Assembly: GCA_001805965.1 (NCBI GenBank)
Contig: MHHG01000052.1
Location: forward strand, 13,930-77,929
Reading direction: 5' to 3'
Source of the DNA: Omnitrophica WOR_2 bacterium RIFOXYA2_FULL_38_17
Lineage (GTDB): Bacteria > Omnitrophota > Gorgyraeia > Zapsychrales > Zapsychraceae
Length of the DNA stretch: 64,000 nucleotides
Of the stretch, positions 1 through 9,978 are shown piece by piece. Position 1 is the first letter of the stretch; each line of letters begins with the position of its first letter. Position numbers and translations under genes: made by a program. Below the pieces are notes generated by a model, which saw only the letters and a program-made list of their open reading frames with translations, ran no database searches and was not told the origin of the DNA.

Positions 1-17
1 AGAAAAACACAGTTTTA

Positions 18-51
18 AGGCATGGAAAATACAAAGATGCCTGATTTTTTT
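18..51 (+). terminator. Putative intrinsic terminator of an upstream (off-window) gene: aggcat...atgcct stem followed by a T-run
   Basis: 6-bp perfect stem at 18-23/37-42, then TTTTTTT at 45-51; seen directly in the sequence. Confidence 0.4.
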
Positions 52-237
52 AAAAAAAGCAAGAAAACACCACATATAGTACAAAATAGTGCTTGACATA
101 CAAGATATTGTATGTAATAATACATTTATCACGAGGACAAATTCCCAAATATCAGTAATTTTAGATAAGATTCAGCTTTGATATCGGACCGCATTTTTTG
201 ATACATTTCTAAAAAACCTTATGAAGAAAGAGGCCAT

Positions 238-2394
238 ATGGAATACAACGAGGTATTGACAAAAATAATCAAGAGAAACAACCTGGAAGAGAACTTTGAT
301 CCTAAAAAGATCAGAAAAGCTATCCAGAAGGCCGGTGAGGCAACTGGAGAGTTTTCTGAAGCCGTAGCAAAAAAGCTTACAATTAGGGCCCTTTCACTTG
401 CACAACAGTTATTTACCGATCGTTATCCAACAGTTGAAGAGATCCAGGATATTGTTGAAGAGGTCTTGATAGCATCTCCATATAAGAAAACTGCCAGGGC
501 ATATATCGTTTATAGAGATCAACATGCTAAAATCAGGGAGATTACTTCTAAAAGCAATGTAGAGCTTGTAGATCAGTATTTGGACAGAACAGATTGGAAG
601 GTCAACGAGAATAGTAATATGGCCTTTTCTTTGCAAGGTTTGAACCAGTATATTTCATCTGAAATAAGTAAGGTTTACTGGCTTAATAAGATCTATCCGC
701 CTGAAGTCAGGCAGGCGCATCAGAATGGCGATTATCATATTCATGACTTGGGATTGATAAGTGTTTATTGTGTCGGATGGGACCTGTATGATCTTCTGGT
801 AAGCGGATTTACCGGTGCAGCAGGAAAAATGGAATCAAAGCCTGCGAAGCATTTAAGAAGCGCTTTGGGACAAGTTGTTAATTTTTTCTACACGCTACAG
901 GGAGAAGCCGCAGGTGCGCAGGCATTTTCAAATTTTGATACATTAATGGCCCCATTTATCAGATATGATAATATGGGCTATAAAGAAGTTAAACAGGCTC
1001 TTCAGGAGTTTGTTTTTAATGTGAACGTTCCTACCAGAGTTGGTTTTCAGACACCGTTTACAAATATAACCATGGACCTTCATGCGCCAAAATATTATGC
1101 AGATCAGGGTGTTCTGATAGGTGGAAAGATACAGAAGGAAACTTATAAAGAATTTCAGACAGAGATGGATATGTTCAATAAAGCGTTTCTTGAAGTTATG
1201 CTTGAAGGTGACGCAAAGGGGCGTGTTTTTACTTTTCCAATTCCTACCTATAATATTACCCAGGATTTTGATTGGGATAATGCAAATCTTGCTAACTTAT
1301 GGGAAGCCACAGCTAAGTATGGCATACCGTATTTTTCAAATTTTGTTAATTCTGACATGGACCCTGAAGATGCAAGGAGCATGTGCTGCCGTCTAAGGCT
1401 TGATAACAGAGAGCTTAGAAGCCGCGGTGGCGGGCTTTTTGGGGCTTCTCCTTTAACTGGATCTATCGGTGTCGTAACTATCAATTTGCCAAGGATAGGC
1501 TATTTAGCAACAAACGAAGAGAATTTCTTTGAAAGGCTTGCAAACAACATGGAAGTTGCTAAAGAAAGTCTGGAGATCAAAAGAAAGATATTAGAAAAAT
1601 TTACTGAAGGCGGGCTTTATCCTTACATGAAATTTTTCTTAAGGAATATCAAAAAAAGATTTGATCAATATTGGAAAAACCATTTTGCAACTATTGGCTT
1701 GGTAGGTATGAATGAAGCTTGTCTTAATTTCATGGGAAAGAACATTGCAACGCCTGAAGGTCAGGCTTTTGCGGCCAGAGTATTGGACTTCATGAGGGAA
1801 AAATTAGTTAAGACTCAGGAAGAGACCGGAAATAATTATAATTTAGAGGCTACTCCTGCAGAAGGCGTTTCTTACCGCGCAGCTAAGCTTGACAAAGAGT
1901 TGTTCCCCGACATTATCTGCGGAAACCCAAAAGGCTCAAGAGAAGACGCAGAGCCGTTTTATACAAACTCAACACATCTTCCTGTAAACTATACAGATGA
2001 TATTTTCGAAGCATTAGATCTGCAGGATGACCTTCAATCAAGATACACCGGTGGAACAGTATTGCATGGTTTTGTTGGTGAAAAAATAGAATGTATAACT
2101 GGCCTGAAGGCTTTAATAAAAACTATATGCACAAAATATAAATTGCCGTATTTTACAATAACTCCAACATTCAGCGTTTGCCCGGATTGCGGATACATTG
2201 CCGGCGAGCATCAGTTCTGCTCTAAATGTGAGAGCCAGTGTGAAGTTTATTCGCGCGTAGTTGGATATTTAAGGCCGGTACAGCAGTGGAATAAAGGTAA
2301 AAAAGAGGAATTTTTCCAGAGAACGACCTATAAGGCTGACAAAGGCGGAAGATTTTCCGAGACAAAAACGCTGAACGAAGAAAAAGTAAGTTAA
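238..2394 (+). CDS. nrdD: Anaerobic (class III) ribonucleoside-triphosphate reductase
   Basis: 718 aa. C-terminal Zn ribbon (CPDCGY...CSKCES) followed by a glycyl-radical motif (RVVGYLRP). N-terminal ATP-cone-like region. Length and architecture are typical of NrdD. Confidence 0.92.
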   Translation: MEYNEVLTKIIKRNNLEENFDPKKIRKAIQKAGEATGEFSEAVAKKLTIRALSLAQQLFTDRYPTVEEIQDIVEEVLIASPYKKTARAYIVYRDQHAKIREITSKSNVELVDQYLDRTDWKVNENSNMAFSLQGLNQYISSEISKVYWLNKIYPPEVRQAHQNGDYHIHDLGLISVYCVGWDLYDLLVSGFTGAAGKMESKPAKHLRSALGQVVNFFYTLQGEAAGAQAFSNFDTLMAPFIRYDNMGYKEVKQALQEFVFNVNVPTRVGFQTPFTNITMDLHAPKYYADQGVLIGGKIQKETYKEFQTEMDMFNKAFLEVMLEGDAKGRVFTFPIPTYNITQDFDWDNANLANLWEATAKYGIPYFSNFVNSDMDPEDARSMCCRLRLDNRELRSRGGGLFGASPLTGSIGVVTINLPRIGYLATNEENFFERLANNMEVAKESLEIKRKILEKFTEGGLYPYMKFFLRNIKKRFDQYWKNHFATIGLVGMNEACLNFMGKNIATPEGQAFAARVLDFMREKLVKTQEETGNNYNLEATPAEGVSYRAAKLDKELFPDIICGNPKGSREDAEPFYTNSTHLPVNYTDDIFEALDLQDDLQSRYTGGTVLHGFVGEKIECITGLKALIKTICTKYKLPYFTITPTFSVCPDCGYIAGEHQFCSKCESQCEVYSRVVGYLRPVQQWNKGKKEEFFQRTTYKADKGGRFSETKTLNEEKVS

Positions 2395-2441
2395 TCTAAC
2401 TTATAATAATTTTAATAGTCGTAAGTAGTAAACTGCTTCTT

Positions 2442-3095
2442 ATGTCTCAAAGCTTACTGCTTACGACTTATATTTTTGTCATGAATATCGGCGGATTACA
2501 AAAACTTACTATAATTGATTTCCCCGGCCATATTGCTGCAGTAATATTTTTACAGGGATGTAATTTCAGATGTCCTTATTGTCATAATCCTGAATTAGTT
2601 GACCCAAAACAATTCCAAGAAACAATAGATCAAAACGAGGTTTTGTCTTTTCTCGCAACAAGGAAAGAAAAGCTCACCGGTGTTGTAATTACCGGAGGAG
2701 AGCCGTGTATCCATGAAGGGCTAGTTGGTTTTATTAAGAAAATAAAGGATATGGGTTTTTTAGTTAAGCTAGACACTAACGGGAGCAGGCCCGATGTTTT
2801 GAAAAATGTGATCGATAAGAAGCTGGTTGATTTTATAGCTATGGATGTAAAAGCTCCTCTTGAAAAGTATTTTTTTGTTACCAAAGTAAAAGGGTTTGAA
2901 AATAAAGTAAAGGAAAGTATTCGTTTAGTGATGGATTCCGGTATCAGGCATGAATTCAGGACTACCGTTGCAAGAACTTTGCTTGATGAAAATGATATTG
3001 TGAAAATAAAAGAGCTTGTAGAAAATGATGATAGTTACAGGACCCAGGATTTTGTAAATGGTGATAAAATCCTGGACCCAACTATGTTAGAATAA
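2442..3095 (+). CDS. nrdG: Anaerobic ribonucleotide reductase activating protein (radical SAM)
   Basis: CNFRCPYCHN (CxxxCxxC) radical-SAM motif right after a glycine-rich N-terminus, immediately downstream of nrdD. The true start may be the internal Met at 2481. Confidence 0.85.
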   Translation: MSQSLLLTTYIFVMNIGGLQKLTIIDFPGHIAAVIFLQGCNFRCPYCHNPELVDPKQFQETIDQNEVLSFLATRKEKLTGVVITGGEPCIHEGLVGFIKKIKDMGFLVKLDTNGSRPDVLKNVIDKKLVDFIAMDVKAPLEKYFFVTKVKGFENKVKESIRLVMDSGIRHEFRTTVARTLLDENDIVKIKELVENDDSYRTQDFVNGDKILDPTMLE

Positions 3096-3124
3096 TTGAT
3101 ATTGTTCATTATGGTTAAGGTTAT

Positions 3125-3754
3125 ATGTCAAGGAAAAAGAAAAAACATCCGAGTAAAAAAAAGCATATAATAAATGTTAAAAAAGGAAAGTGGTCGGCAA
3201 GTCCCATGGATCTGCCAAGGAAAGTGGGTCTTCCGTCATGGGTTCCTTTATTTAATGCTGCATGGAAGATCGCCTTATTGTGCGTTGTTGTCTTTATTAT
3301 CGTAAAAGTTAAGACCTATGAGGAAGACAAGAACAGTAAAGTTGAAAGAGCTGCTTATGTGGAGAAGCTCTCGCCTTTTGAAATTGCGGAGTGGGAAAAC
3401 AGGTTTAATGGCGGTATTAAGCTGATTGTTTTTAATAACGGGAAGATCAAGCATACAAGCATAGATTCACTGAATGAGGAATTAAGATTTGACTGGTGGG
3501 AAGTTGCAATTAAACCAATTGCCCCTAATCAGTTTACAGGGACAGAGGCAAAAATTGAGATCGAGATACCCCATATAATGTTTGAACCTTCAGGGATAGA
3601 TGACCTGACATTAAAAGGGGAGTTCCGAAGACGGGTTGGAGTGAAGACAGTAATGACAAATCAAAAAGGTTTTGAGATAGTAGCTGAGCTTGTTGAGGAC
3701 AGAGGCAATGAGCTGATACTTATTTTTGGCTTTAATAGTGATAAAGGGCTTTAA
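3125..3754 (+). CDS. Hypothetical membrane-anchored protein (lysine-rich N-terminus, one TM segment)
   Basis: 209-aa ORF with a K-rich N-terminus and a hydrophobic helix (ALLCVVVFIIV); no recognisable catalytic motif. Confidence 0.45.
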   Translation: MSRKKKKHPSKKKHIINVKKGKWSASPMDLPRKVGLPSWVPLFNAAWKIALLCVVVFIIVKVKTYEEDKNSKVERAAYVEKLSPFEIAEWENRFNGGIKLIVFNNGKIKHTSIDSLNEELRFDWWEVAIKPIAPNQFTGTEAKIEIEIPHIMFEPSGIDDLTLKGEFRRRVGVKTVMTNQKGFEIVAELVEDRGNELILIFGFNSDKGL

Positions 3755-3759
3755 GTTAA

Positions 3760-4434
3760 ATGCAATTAACTGGTAACATATCGGATTATCTTATTGTTTT
3801 TATGGGTGGCGTGCTCGTTAGCTTTACGCCATGTGTTTACCCTGTTCTGCCCTTAACTGCAGCTTTTATTGCAGATGCAAATATAAACGGATCAAAATTG
3901 AGAGGTTTTCTTATCTCTCTTGTTTATGTTTTGGGTATGGCAATTGTGTATAGTCTGCTTGCTGTGATTGCTGCTTTGACAGGCAAAATATTTGGACAAC
4001 TGCAATCCAGCCGGTCAGCCTATTTTATTATTTCCATTCTTTTAGGACTTTTTTCTCTTGTAATGTTTGAAGTTATTAAGATGCCTTCATTGGGATTGTC
4101 TGTAAAAGTGGGGGAGAAACCGACACATATTATTGGTGTTTTTTATGCTGGAATTATCTCTGGATTTGTAGTAGGCTCATGTACTGGTCCCGCTTTGGGA
4201 GCGATATTACCGATCATAGCTTACAAACAGAGTATAGTTTATGGTGCCAGTCTGATGTTTGTTTTTTCATATGGAATGGGGCTTTCATTGATACTTGTCG
4301 GGACGTTCAGCGGTATAATACCTAGTTTGCCTAAGTCCGGAAAATGGCTTATAACGATCAAGAATATTTGTGCAATAATCCTGATGTTGGTTTCTATATA
4401 TTACTTATTAAAAGCTTTATCAATTATCTATTAG
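3760..4434 (+). CDS. ccdA: CcdA/DsbD-family thiol-disulfide transmembrane electron transporter
   Basis: Polytopic membrane protein with the two conserved cysteines in TM helices (FTPCVYPVLP and GSCTGPALG), characteristic of CcdA. Confidence 0.75.
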   Translation: MQLTGNISDYLIVFMGGVLVSFTPCVYPVLPLTAAFIADANINGSKLRGFLISLVYVLGMAIVYSLLAVIAALTGKIFGQLQSSRSAYFIISILLGLFSLVMFEVIKMPSLGLSVKVGEKPTHIIGVFYAGIISGFVVGSCTGPALGAILPIIAYKQSIVYGASLMFVFSYGMGLSLILVGTFSGIIPSLPKSGKWLITIKNICAIILMLVSIYYLLKALSIIY

Positions 4435-4436
4435 AA

Positions 4437-4946
4437 ATGACAAGTAAAATATATTTAATACTATTAATAGTATGCGTGATTTTGATCCCTTCAATTGTCG
4501 CAGCTGAGTTGATCTTTATGGATAATGCAAATGTCGCAAACCCCGCGCCTGATTTTACTTTGAAAAATCTATCTGGGGTTGACTCGAATTTAAATCAATT
4601 TAGGGATAATAAAAGAACGGTTATTTTCTTCTGGGCTACATGGTGCCCTTATTGCAGGAATGAATTGACGGGATTGACTAAAAATAAGGTGGATTTAGAC
4701 AAGAACGGAGTTAAAATACTTTTGGTAAACCTTGGTGAAACCCCGGAAGTTGTTAGTGATTTTGTCGAGAAAAACAATGTTCCTTTCGAAGTCTTGATAG
4801 ATAGCATGACCAGCTCAAAGAAGATTTATGATATTATCGGGTTGCCGACGTTGGTTTTTATTAATACGGATGGTGTTGTTACTGGTGTAAAACACAGTTT
4901 TCCCGAAAATTATATGGATCTTTTAAATAAGATATTCCCCAAGTAG
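4437..4946 (+). CDS. TlpA/ResA-like thioredoxin-fold thiol-disulfide oxidoreductase (membrane-anchored)
   Basis: WATWCPYCRNE CxxC motif plus an N-terminal signal-anchor. The start was moved to the ATG at 4437 (Met 32 of the track ORF) so it does not overlap ccdA. Confidence 0.75.
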   Translation: MTSKIYLILLIVCVILIPSIVAAELIFMDNANVANPAPDFTLKNLSGVDSNLNQFRDNKRTVIFFWATWCPYCRNELTGLTKNKVDLDKNGVKILLVNLGETPEVVSDFVEKNNVPFEVLIDSMTSSKKIYDIIGLPTLVFINTDGVVTGVKHSFPENYMDLLNKIFPK

Positions 4947-5002
4947 TATAATCCCTCATTAATGATGGCTGCTTCCAATGCTTCTCTATTGTTAGGATAT
5001 AA

Positions 5003-5872
5003 TTAGCGCACTTCTTCAAGGATTGATCTTGTCGGTTCAAGTTTATTTAAGCTGTAAAAGTGAAGGCCGGGCGCTCCTCCGGCAAGAAGTTCTTTGCATT
5101 GTTTTATTGCGAAGTTGATCCCCTCTTTTATTGTGGCATCCTTATTATCTGCGATCGGCTCAAATATGTCCTTGATCTCAGCATTTATGGTTGCGCCGCA
5201 AAGGTTGGAAAATTTAATAAGGCCTTCATAATTTGTTATTGGCAGTATGCCCGGAAGTATGCGGGAAGTTACTCCAAGTTTTCTTAATCGCTTCACATAA
5301 TTGAAATAGTGATCATTGTTGAAAAAGAATTGTGTTATTACAAAATCAGCTCCGTTATCAATTTTGATTTTCAGGAATTCAGAGTCTCTGTTCAGGTCTT
5401 TGCAAAGAAGATGCCCTTCAGGAAAACCGGCTACGCCTATTGAAAAATAGTTGTTAAAGTTTTCTTTTATGAAAGAAACAAGCTCGCAGCTGTATTTGAA
5501 ATTTTCTTCAGTAGGCTGCCAGTCAGGATCGTCCATCGGGGGATCGCCTCTTAGGGCAAGGATGTTCTTTATTTGTCGTGATGCTATGTTTTTAACGATA
5601 GTCTTAATGTCATCCTTAGAGTGCAGGACGCAGGTCAAGTGGGCCATCGAAGGGACTTTGTGAGTGTTCTGTATGTGCTCTACCAGGTCCAGTGTTTTTT
5701 CCCTGCTGCCTCCGCCGGCTCCATAGGTGCATGAAATAAAGTCAGGCTTAAGTTCGCAGAGCTGAGCTATTATCTCAATAAGGTTATCTAGACCTTTTTC
5801 AGTCTTTGGGGGGAAGATCTCCAGCGAGAATGTTTTTTCTTTTTCATTAAAAATGTCTGAGATTTTTTTCAT
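5003..5872 (-). CDS. metF: 5,10-methylenetetrahydrofolate reductase
   Basis: FSLEIFPPKTEKG N-terminal MTHFR signature; 289-aa TIM-barrel length. Confidence 0.88.
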   Translation of the reverse strand: MKKISDIFNEKEKTFSLEIFPPKTEKGLDNLIEIIAQLCELKPDFISCTYGAGGGSREKTLDLVEHIQNTHKVPSMAHLTCVLHSKDDIKTIVKNIASRQIKNILALRGDPPMDDPDWQPTEENFKYSCELVSFIKENFNNYFSIGVAGFPEGHLLCKDLNRDSEFLKIKIDNGADFVITQFFFNNDHYFNYVKRLRKLGVTSRILPGILPITNYEGLIKFSNLCGATINAEIKDIFEPIADNKDATIKEGINFAIKQCKELLAGGAPGLHFYSLNKLEPTRSILEEVR

Positions 5873-5966
5873 AATAATTAAGATTATATGATTTTGAGTT
5901 GCAAACTTAAATTATATCTCATATGATAAAGCGTAATTCAATTTAATCAAAGGAAAATTTAATAAT

Positions 5967-7025
5967 ATGAAAATAGCGGTTGTTACAGGTTCGTCAGGTC
6001 TCATAGGTTCCGAAGCGGTAAAATTCCTTGCAAAAAAGGGAATGAAAATTGTCGGTATTGATAATGATATGCGCAGATATTTTTTCGGGGATGAAGCTTC
6101 GACGGCCTGGAATACTGAAGTGCTCAAAAAAGAGATAAGCGGCTTTGAACACAATGAGATAGATATACGTGATCGCGATGCGCTTGATAAAGTTTTTAGC
6201 CAATACAATACCGATATTGACCTGATCGTTCATACTGCATCGCAGCCGTCCCATGATTGGGCGGCTAAAGAGCCGTTCACGGATTTTACTATAAATGCTA
6301 ACGGCACATTAAACCTGCTTGAGATGACGCGTAAGTATTGCCCGAATTCTGTATTTATTTTTACGAGCACAAATAAAGTTTACGGCGATCTTCCTAACCT
6401 TTTGCCATTGGTCGAGCTTGAAACACGCTGGGAAATTGAAGAGGACCATCCTTTCTTTAAGGGAATTGATGAGACAATGAGCATAGATCAGTCAAAGCAT
6501 TCATTGTTCGGCGCTTCAAAGGTGGCCGCAGATATAGTTGTTCAAGAGTATGGAAGGTATTTTGGCATGAAAACAGTTTCATTCAGAGGTGGATGCTTGA
6601 CAGGGCCAAATCACTCTGGGGCACAGCTTCACGGATTTTTGGCATATCTTATGAAATGTTGCGTGACTGGCGATCAATATACTGTTTTTGGCTACAAGGC
6701 CAAACAAGTCAGGGATAATATCCATAGCAGCGACCTTGTGGATGCCTTTTATGCTTATTATAAAGAACCGCGGATCGCTGAAGTTTATAACATTGGCGGC
6801 GGCAGGGGGAACAGCTGTTCTATGCTTGAAGCGATCAGCTTGTGCGAAGAGGTTTCCGGGAGAAAGCTTGATTATGAATATGTCGAGCAGAACAGGATAG
6901 GTGACCATATTTGGTATATAAGCGATCTGGGAAAATTCGAAAACCATTATCCTCAGTGGAGACAAAACTATTCTCTTAAAGATACGATCGTTCAGATATA
7001 TGAGAATAATGTTGATAGGTGGTAA
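5967..7025 (+). CDS. NAD-dependent sugar epimerase/dehydratase (extended SDR; CDP-paratose-2-epimerase-like)
   Basis: N-terminal Rossmann motif [11 protein letters not shown]; 352 aa; YxxxK-type SDR architecture. Confidence 0.65.
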   Translation: MKIAVVTGSSGLIGSEAVKFLAKKGMKIVGIDNDMRRYFFGDEASTAWNTEVLKKEISGFEHNEIDIRDRDALDKVFSQYNTDIDLIVHTASQPSHDWAAKEPFTDFTINANGTLNLLEMTRKYCPNSVFIFTSTNKVYGDLPNLLPLVELETRWEIEEDHPFFKGIDETMSIDQSKHSLFGASKVAADIVVQEYGRYFGMKTVSFRGGCLTGPNHSGAQLHGFLAYLMKCCVTGDQYTVFGYKAKQVRDNIHSSDLVDAFYAYYKEPRIAEVYNIGGGRGNSCSMLEAISLCEEVSGRKLDYEYVEQNRIGDHIWYISDLGKFENHYPQWRQNYSLKDTIVQIYENNVDRW

Positions 7026-7058
7026 TATTTAATTTTGATAGCTATTGTTAACAAAATA

Positions 7059-7087
7059 ATTGACATAAGGATTCTCAATAAGTATAC
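7059..7087 (+). promoter_or_regulatory. Sigma70-like promoter: TTGACA, 17-nt spacer, TATACT
   Basis: TTGACA at 7059-7064 and TATACT at 7082-7087, upstream of the strong RBS AAAGGAGGAG of the 7117 ORF. Confidence 0.35.
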
Positions 7088-7116
7088 TGACTTCAAACAT
7101 AAAAGGAGGAGTTAAA

Positions 7117-7617
7117 ATGTTAGCCTATTTATTAATTGTTTTAGGGGTAGTTTCAAGACTTATAGTTCATGTGCCGAATTTTACGCCAGTGATCGCGATC
7201 GCACTGTTCAGTGGTGTTTATCTAAAGAAGAAATATGCTGTTGTGCTTATGTTGGCATTGATGGCAATTACAGATGTGTTTTTAGGATTTCATAATATAA
7301 TGTTCTTTACCTGGGGCAGCTTTGCCTTGATAGCGGTTTTGGGAACAACAATGAAGGGTAAAGTGAATTTCAAGTCGATTTTTTCAGGAAGTTTGTTAGC
7401 AGCGATCTTTTTCTTTGTTGTTACTAATTTTGGTGTTTGGCTGGTATCAGGTATGTATGAAAGATCTTTTGCCGGGCTTGTCACTTGTTTTACAATGGCA
7501 ATCCCGTTCTTTAGATACACGGCAGCAAGCGCATTAATCTATTCATTTGTTTTATTTGGCGGATATGAGCTTATTGCCTCAAGGATCAAAAGTACGCGTT
7601 TAGCTACTGCTCTTTAA
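7117..7617 (+). CDS. Small polytopic membrane protein (function unknown)
   Basis: 166 aa with 4-5 hydrophobic helices and a strong RBS; no catalytic motif. Confidence 0.5.
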   Translation: MLAYLLIVLGVVSRLIVHVPNFTPVIAIALFSGVYLKKKYAVVLMLALMAITDVFLGFHNIMFFTWGSFALIAVLGTTMKGKVNFKSIFSGSLLAAIFFFVVTNFGVWLVSGMYERSFAGLVTCFTMAIPFFRYTAASALIYSFVLFGGYELIASRIKSTRLATAL

Positions 7618-7624
7618 AACTGCT

Positions 7625-7860
7625 TTCGCTGTATAGGCCCTCTTCGAGAGGATAATAAGGAAATACCTGTGATCTGTCTTAGGCAGAGAATCAGGAGCGG
7701 TCCCGCCGCTGTGATAGAGATAAAAGTCTCTTAAGCCAGAATACTGCCATACAGATAATTATCAAATACTGCGTGCGGACAGTATTAGGTGATCATATAT
7801 TTAGGAAAAAGACTCAGGGTGCACTCCTAATCGATTAAGTTCGATTAGGAGTTTTTTTTG
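7625..7860 (+). promoter_or_regulatory. Cobalamin (B12) riboswitch with terminator-type expression platform, controlling the downstream TonB-dependent receptor
   Basis: AATAAGGAAATACCTGTGA, then a B12 box GCGGTCCCGCCGCTGTGA (7697-7714), then AGCCAGAATACTGCC. These match conserved cobalamin-riboswitch (RF00174) core elements. Followed by a perfect 11-bp hairpin plus T8. Confidence 0.8.
7824..7859 (+). terminator. Intrinsic terminator (riboswitch OFF-state hairpin)
   Basis: CTCCTAATCGA / TCGATTAGGAG perfect 11-bp stem, 6-nt loop, TTTTTTTT. Confidence 0.75.
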
Positions 7861-7911
7861 TACCAGAAAGGTAAATAAATACCCTGGAGTTAAATTAAAA
7901 AGGGAGAAAAC

Positions 7912-9915
7912 GTGAAAAAGAAAATTAGTTTGTTTTTGGTTGCAGTGTTTTTAGTTGTATCGCCAGCAGTGTATGCGCAACAAACGTTTGAAGAGCAATT
8001 AGGGCGAATAATAGTTACAGCAACACGTATTGGCCAGCATGATTATAAGATAACTGGAAATGTCACTGTAATTGACAGGGATCAGATCGAGGCGTCAAAT
8101 GCGCAGAGTGTTCCTGATGTTTTGAAAGAGGCCTTAGGTGTTTCAATCTCAGATAATAGCACGACAAAGACGTCAAAGCTCGATATCAGAGGTTTTGGCG
8201 AAACTGCTGTCAGTAGTGTTTTGTTCCTTGTAAATGACAGAAAGACAAATTCGATTGATATGTCAGGCTCAGACCTTGTGCAGATACCTATTGAATCAGT
8301 TGAAAGAATAGAGATCATTAGAGGTGCTGGTTCTGTTCTTTATGGGGATAATGCTGTCGGAGGGGTTGTCAATATTATTACAAAAAAAGGCGAAGGTGCT
8401 GCTTCTGGCCAGGTTGGTGTTTCCTATGGAAGTTATGATAAAAGAGCGACTAATTTAGAGGTATCCGGAGAGAAGAAAAATATCTCTTATTATGTAAGCT
8501 CAAAATATACCGATGAAAGGGGATATCGTCAGAATAGTGATATGCTGGCTAAGGATTTCAACGGGAGATTTGGCTATAAATTTTCAGATAAAATATCCCT
8601 GGATGTTGAAACGGGCTGGCATGAAGATGATTATGGACAGCCGGGAAGTTTGACAGAGGCGCAGCTTATTTCATTAGGCAGAAGAGGTTCGCCTAATGAA
8701 GATGATACCGCGGCGACAAGGGACAGGTTCATCAATTTCTCATTTGATGTCAATCCATGGCCTGAAGATATGGACTTTGGTAAATTGATCGTTGATGTAA
8801 GCTACAGGAACAGGGATGCTTACACGGATAATGTCGCCTGGTCAAGCACGACAAAGAATCAGATAGACACAAAAGGTGTTAATGCAAAATATACTTTTGA
8901 CAGGACTATATTTGATAAAGAGGTTAATTTTGTTACAGGTATTGATTATTATGATAATGAACATGAAATATTAAGGGAAGCGGGCAGTACAACGGAACTG
9001 GTCATTTCAAAAGAGGAATTTGGTATTTATGGCTTCCTGGAATATGAATTGATCGACGATGTTTTCATTAACGGAGGGACAAGGTTCCATAAAGCGGAAT
9101 ATAATTTCAATCAAAGGAACGGGACTGCAGATGATAGCCAGGACCCTGACAAATGGGTTTCTATGGCAGGGATCAAATATGAATATGCCAAGGGATCCAA
9201 TATTTATGCTAATGTCCAGGAGACCTTCCGGTTTTTAGCAACGGATGAATGGTTCAATACTATCAGCGGGGTTTTGAACTCGGACCTTAAGCAGCAAGAA
9301 GGCATGCAGTATGAGATCGGTTTAAAGCATAATTTTAATGATAAGGTTGAGCTTAATGTTACCCCGTACGTGATCGATATCGAGAATGAGATCTATTATA
9401 ATCCTACAGGCGGTAATTTCGGTTGGGGGGCGAACGAGAATTATGATAAGACCCGCAGGATCGGGGTTGAAGTCGGAAGCAGGTTCAATATCCTGAAGTT
9501 CTTTGACTTTGATTTCTTTAATGACCTGGAATTCTTCACTAATTATACTTATCAAAATCCGCAGTTCCAAAAAGGTGATTATGATGGCGAAGATATTCCT
9601 TTGGTACCAAGGCATCAGGCAGGATTCGGGATCATTGCAAAGTTTCTTGAAAGTTACAATGTTTCATTGTTAGGCCGTTATGTCGGAACAAGATTTGTAG
9701 GCAGTGACACAGCGAATGCCTTAACCCCGCTTAAACCGCATTTTATTGTTGATGGTAAACTTGCATATACAAAAAAGAACATGGAGATCTACGCCGAGGT
9801 GAACAATATCTTTGATGAAGAGTATTCGACCTATGTGTCATCATGGAGCACGACAAAGTATTATTATCCGGCACCTGAAATGAATTTTAATTTTGGGGTT
9901 AATTTGAAGTTCTGA
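7912..9915 (+). CDS. TonB-dependent outer-membrane receptor, likely corrinoid/B12 transporter (BtuB-like)
   Basis: GTG start after an AAGGGAG RBS; signal peptide; TonB box/plug region (IIVTATR); C-terminal aromatic residue (NLKF) typical of beta-barrel OMPs; sits directly under the B12 riboswitch. Confidence 0.82.
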   Translation: MKKKISLFLVAVFLVVSPAVYAQQTFEEQLGRIIVTATRIGQHDYKITGNVTVIDRDQIEASNAQSVPDVLKEALGVSISDNSTTKTSKLDIRGFGETAVSSVLFLVNDRKTNSIDMSGSDLVQIPIESVERIEIIRGAGSVLYGDNAVGGVVNIITKKGEGAASGQVGVSYGSYDKRATNLEVSGEKKNISYYVSSKYTDERGYRQNSDMLAKDFNGRFGYKFSDKISLDVETGWHEDDYGQPGSLTEAQLISLGRRGSPNEDDTAATRDRFINFSFDVNPWPEDMDFGKLIVDVSYRNRDAYTDNVAWSSTTKNQIDTKGVNAKYTFDRTIFDKEVNFVTGIDYYDNEHEILREAGSTTELVISKEEFGIYGFLEYELIDDVFINGGTRFHKAEYNFNQRNGTADDSQDPDKWVSMAGIKYEYAKGSNIYANVQETFRFLATDEWFNTISGVLNSDLKQQEGMQYEIGLKHNFNDKVELNVTPYVIDIENEIYYNPTGGNFGWGANENYDKTRRIGVEVGSRFNILKFFDFDFFNDLEFFTNYTYQNPQFQKGDYDGEDIPLVPRHQAGFGIIAKFLESYNVSLLGRYVGTRFVGSDTANALTPLKPHFIVDGKLAYTKKNMEIYAEVNNIFDEEYSTYVSSWSTTKYYYPAPEMNFNFGVNLKF

Positions 9916-9935
9916 TAAGATTAAGAAGTAATAAA

Positions 9936-9978
9936 AAGGGGTCATTTGGTAGGGATTTGCTGAATGGCCCTTTTTGTT
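9936..9978 (+). terminator. Putative intrinsic terminator after the TonB-receptor gene
   Basis: AAGGGGTCATT...AATGGCCCTTT imperfect stem (with G-U wobbles) followed by TTTTGTTG. Confidence 0.4.

Noticed and set aside
409-1484. Short antisense or alternative-frame ORFs inside nrdD (409-636 minus, 1121-1396 plus, 1248-1484 minus), and similar small ORFs nested inside most large genes throughout the window
   Set aside because: Fully embedded in confidently assigned, motif-bearing CDSs; low-complexity translations typical of spurious AT-rich ORFs.
4344-4436. Upstream 31-codon extension of the TlpA-like ORF overlapping ccdA by 91 nt
   Set aside because: The internal ATG at 4437 removes the overlap, and the hydrophobic signal-anchor begins right after it; the extension is probably not translated.
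7117-7617. Considered calling the 166-aa membrane protein a corrinoid/vitamin ECF S-component or BtuM-like transporter because of its proximity to the B12 riboswitch
   Set aside because: It lies upstream of the riboswitch (not under its control) and has its own promoter; no diagnostic motif was seen. Left as a generic membrane protein.
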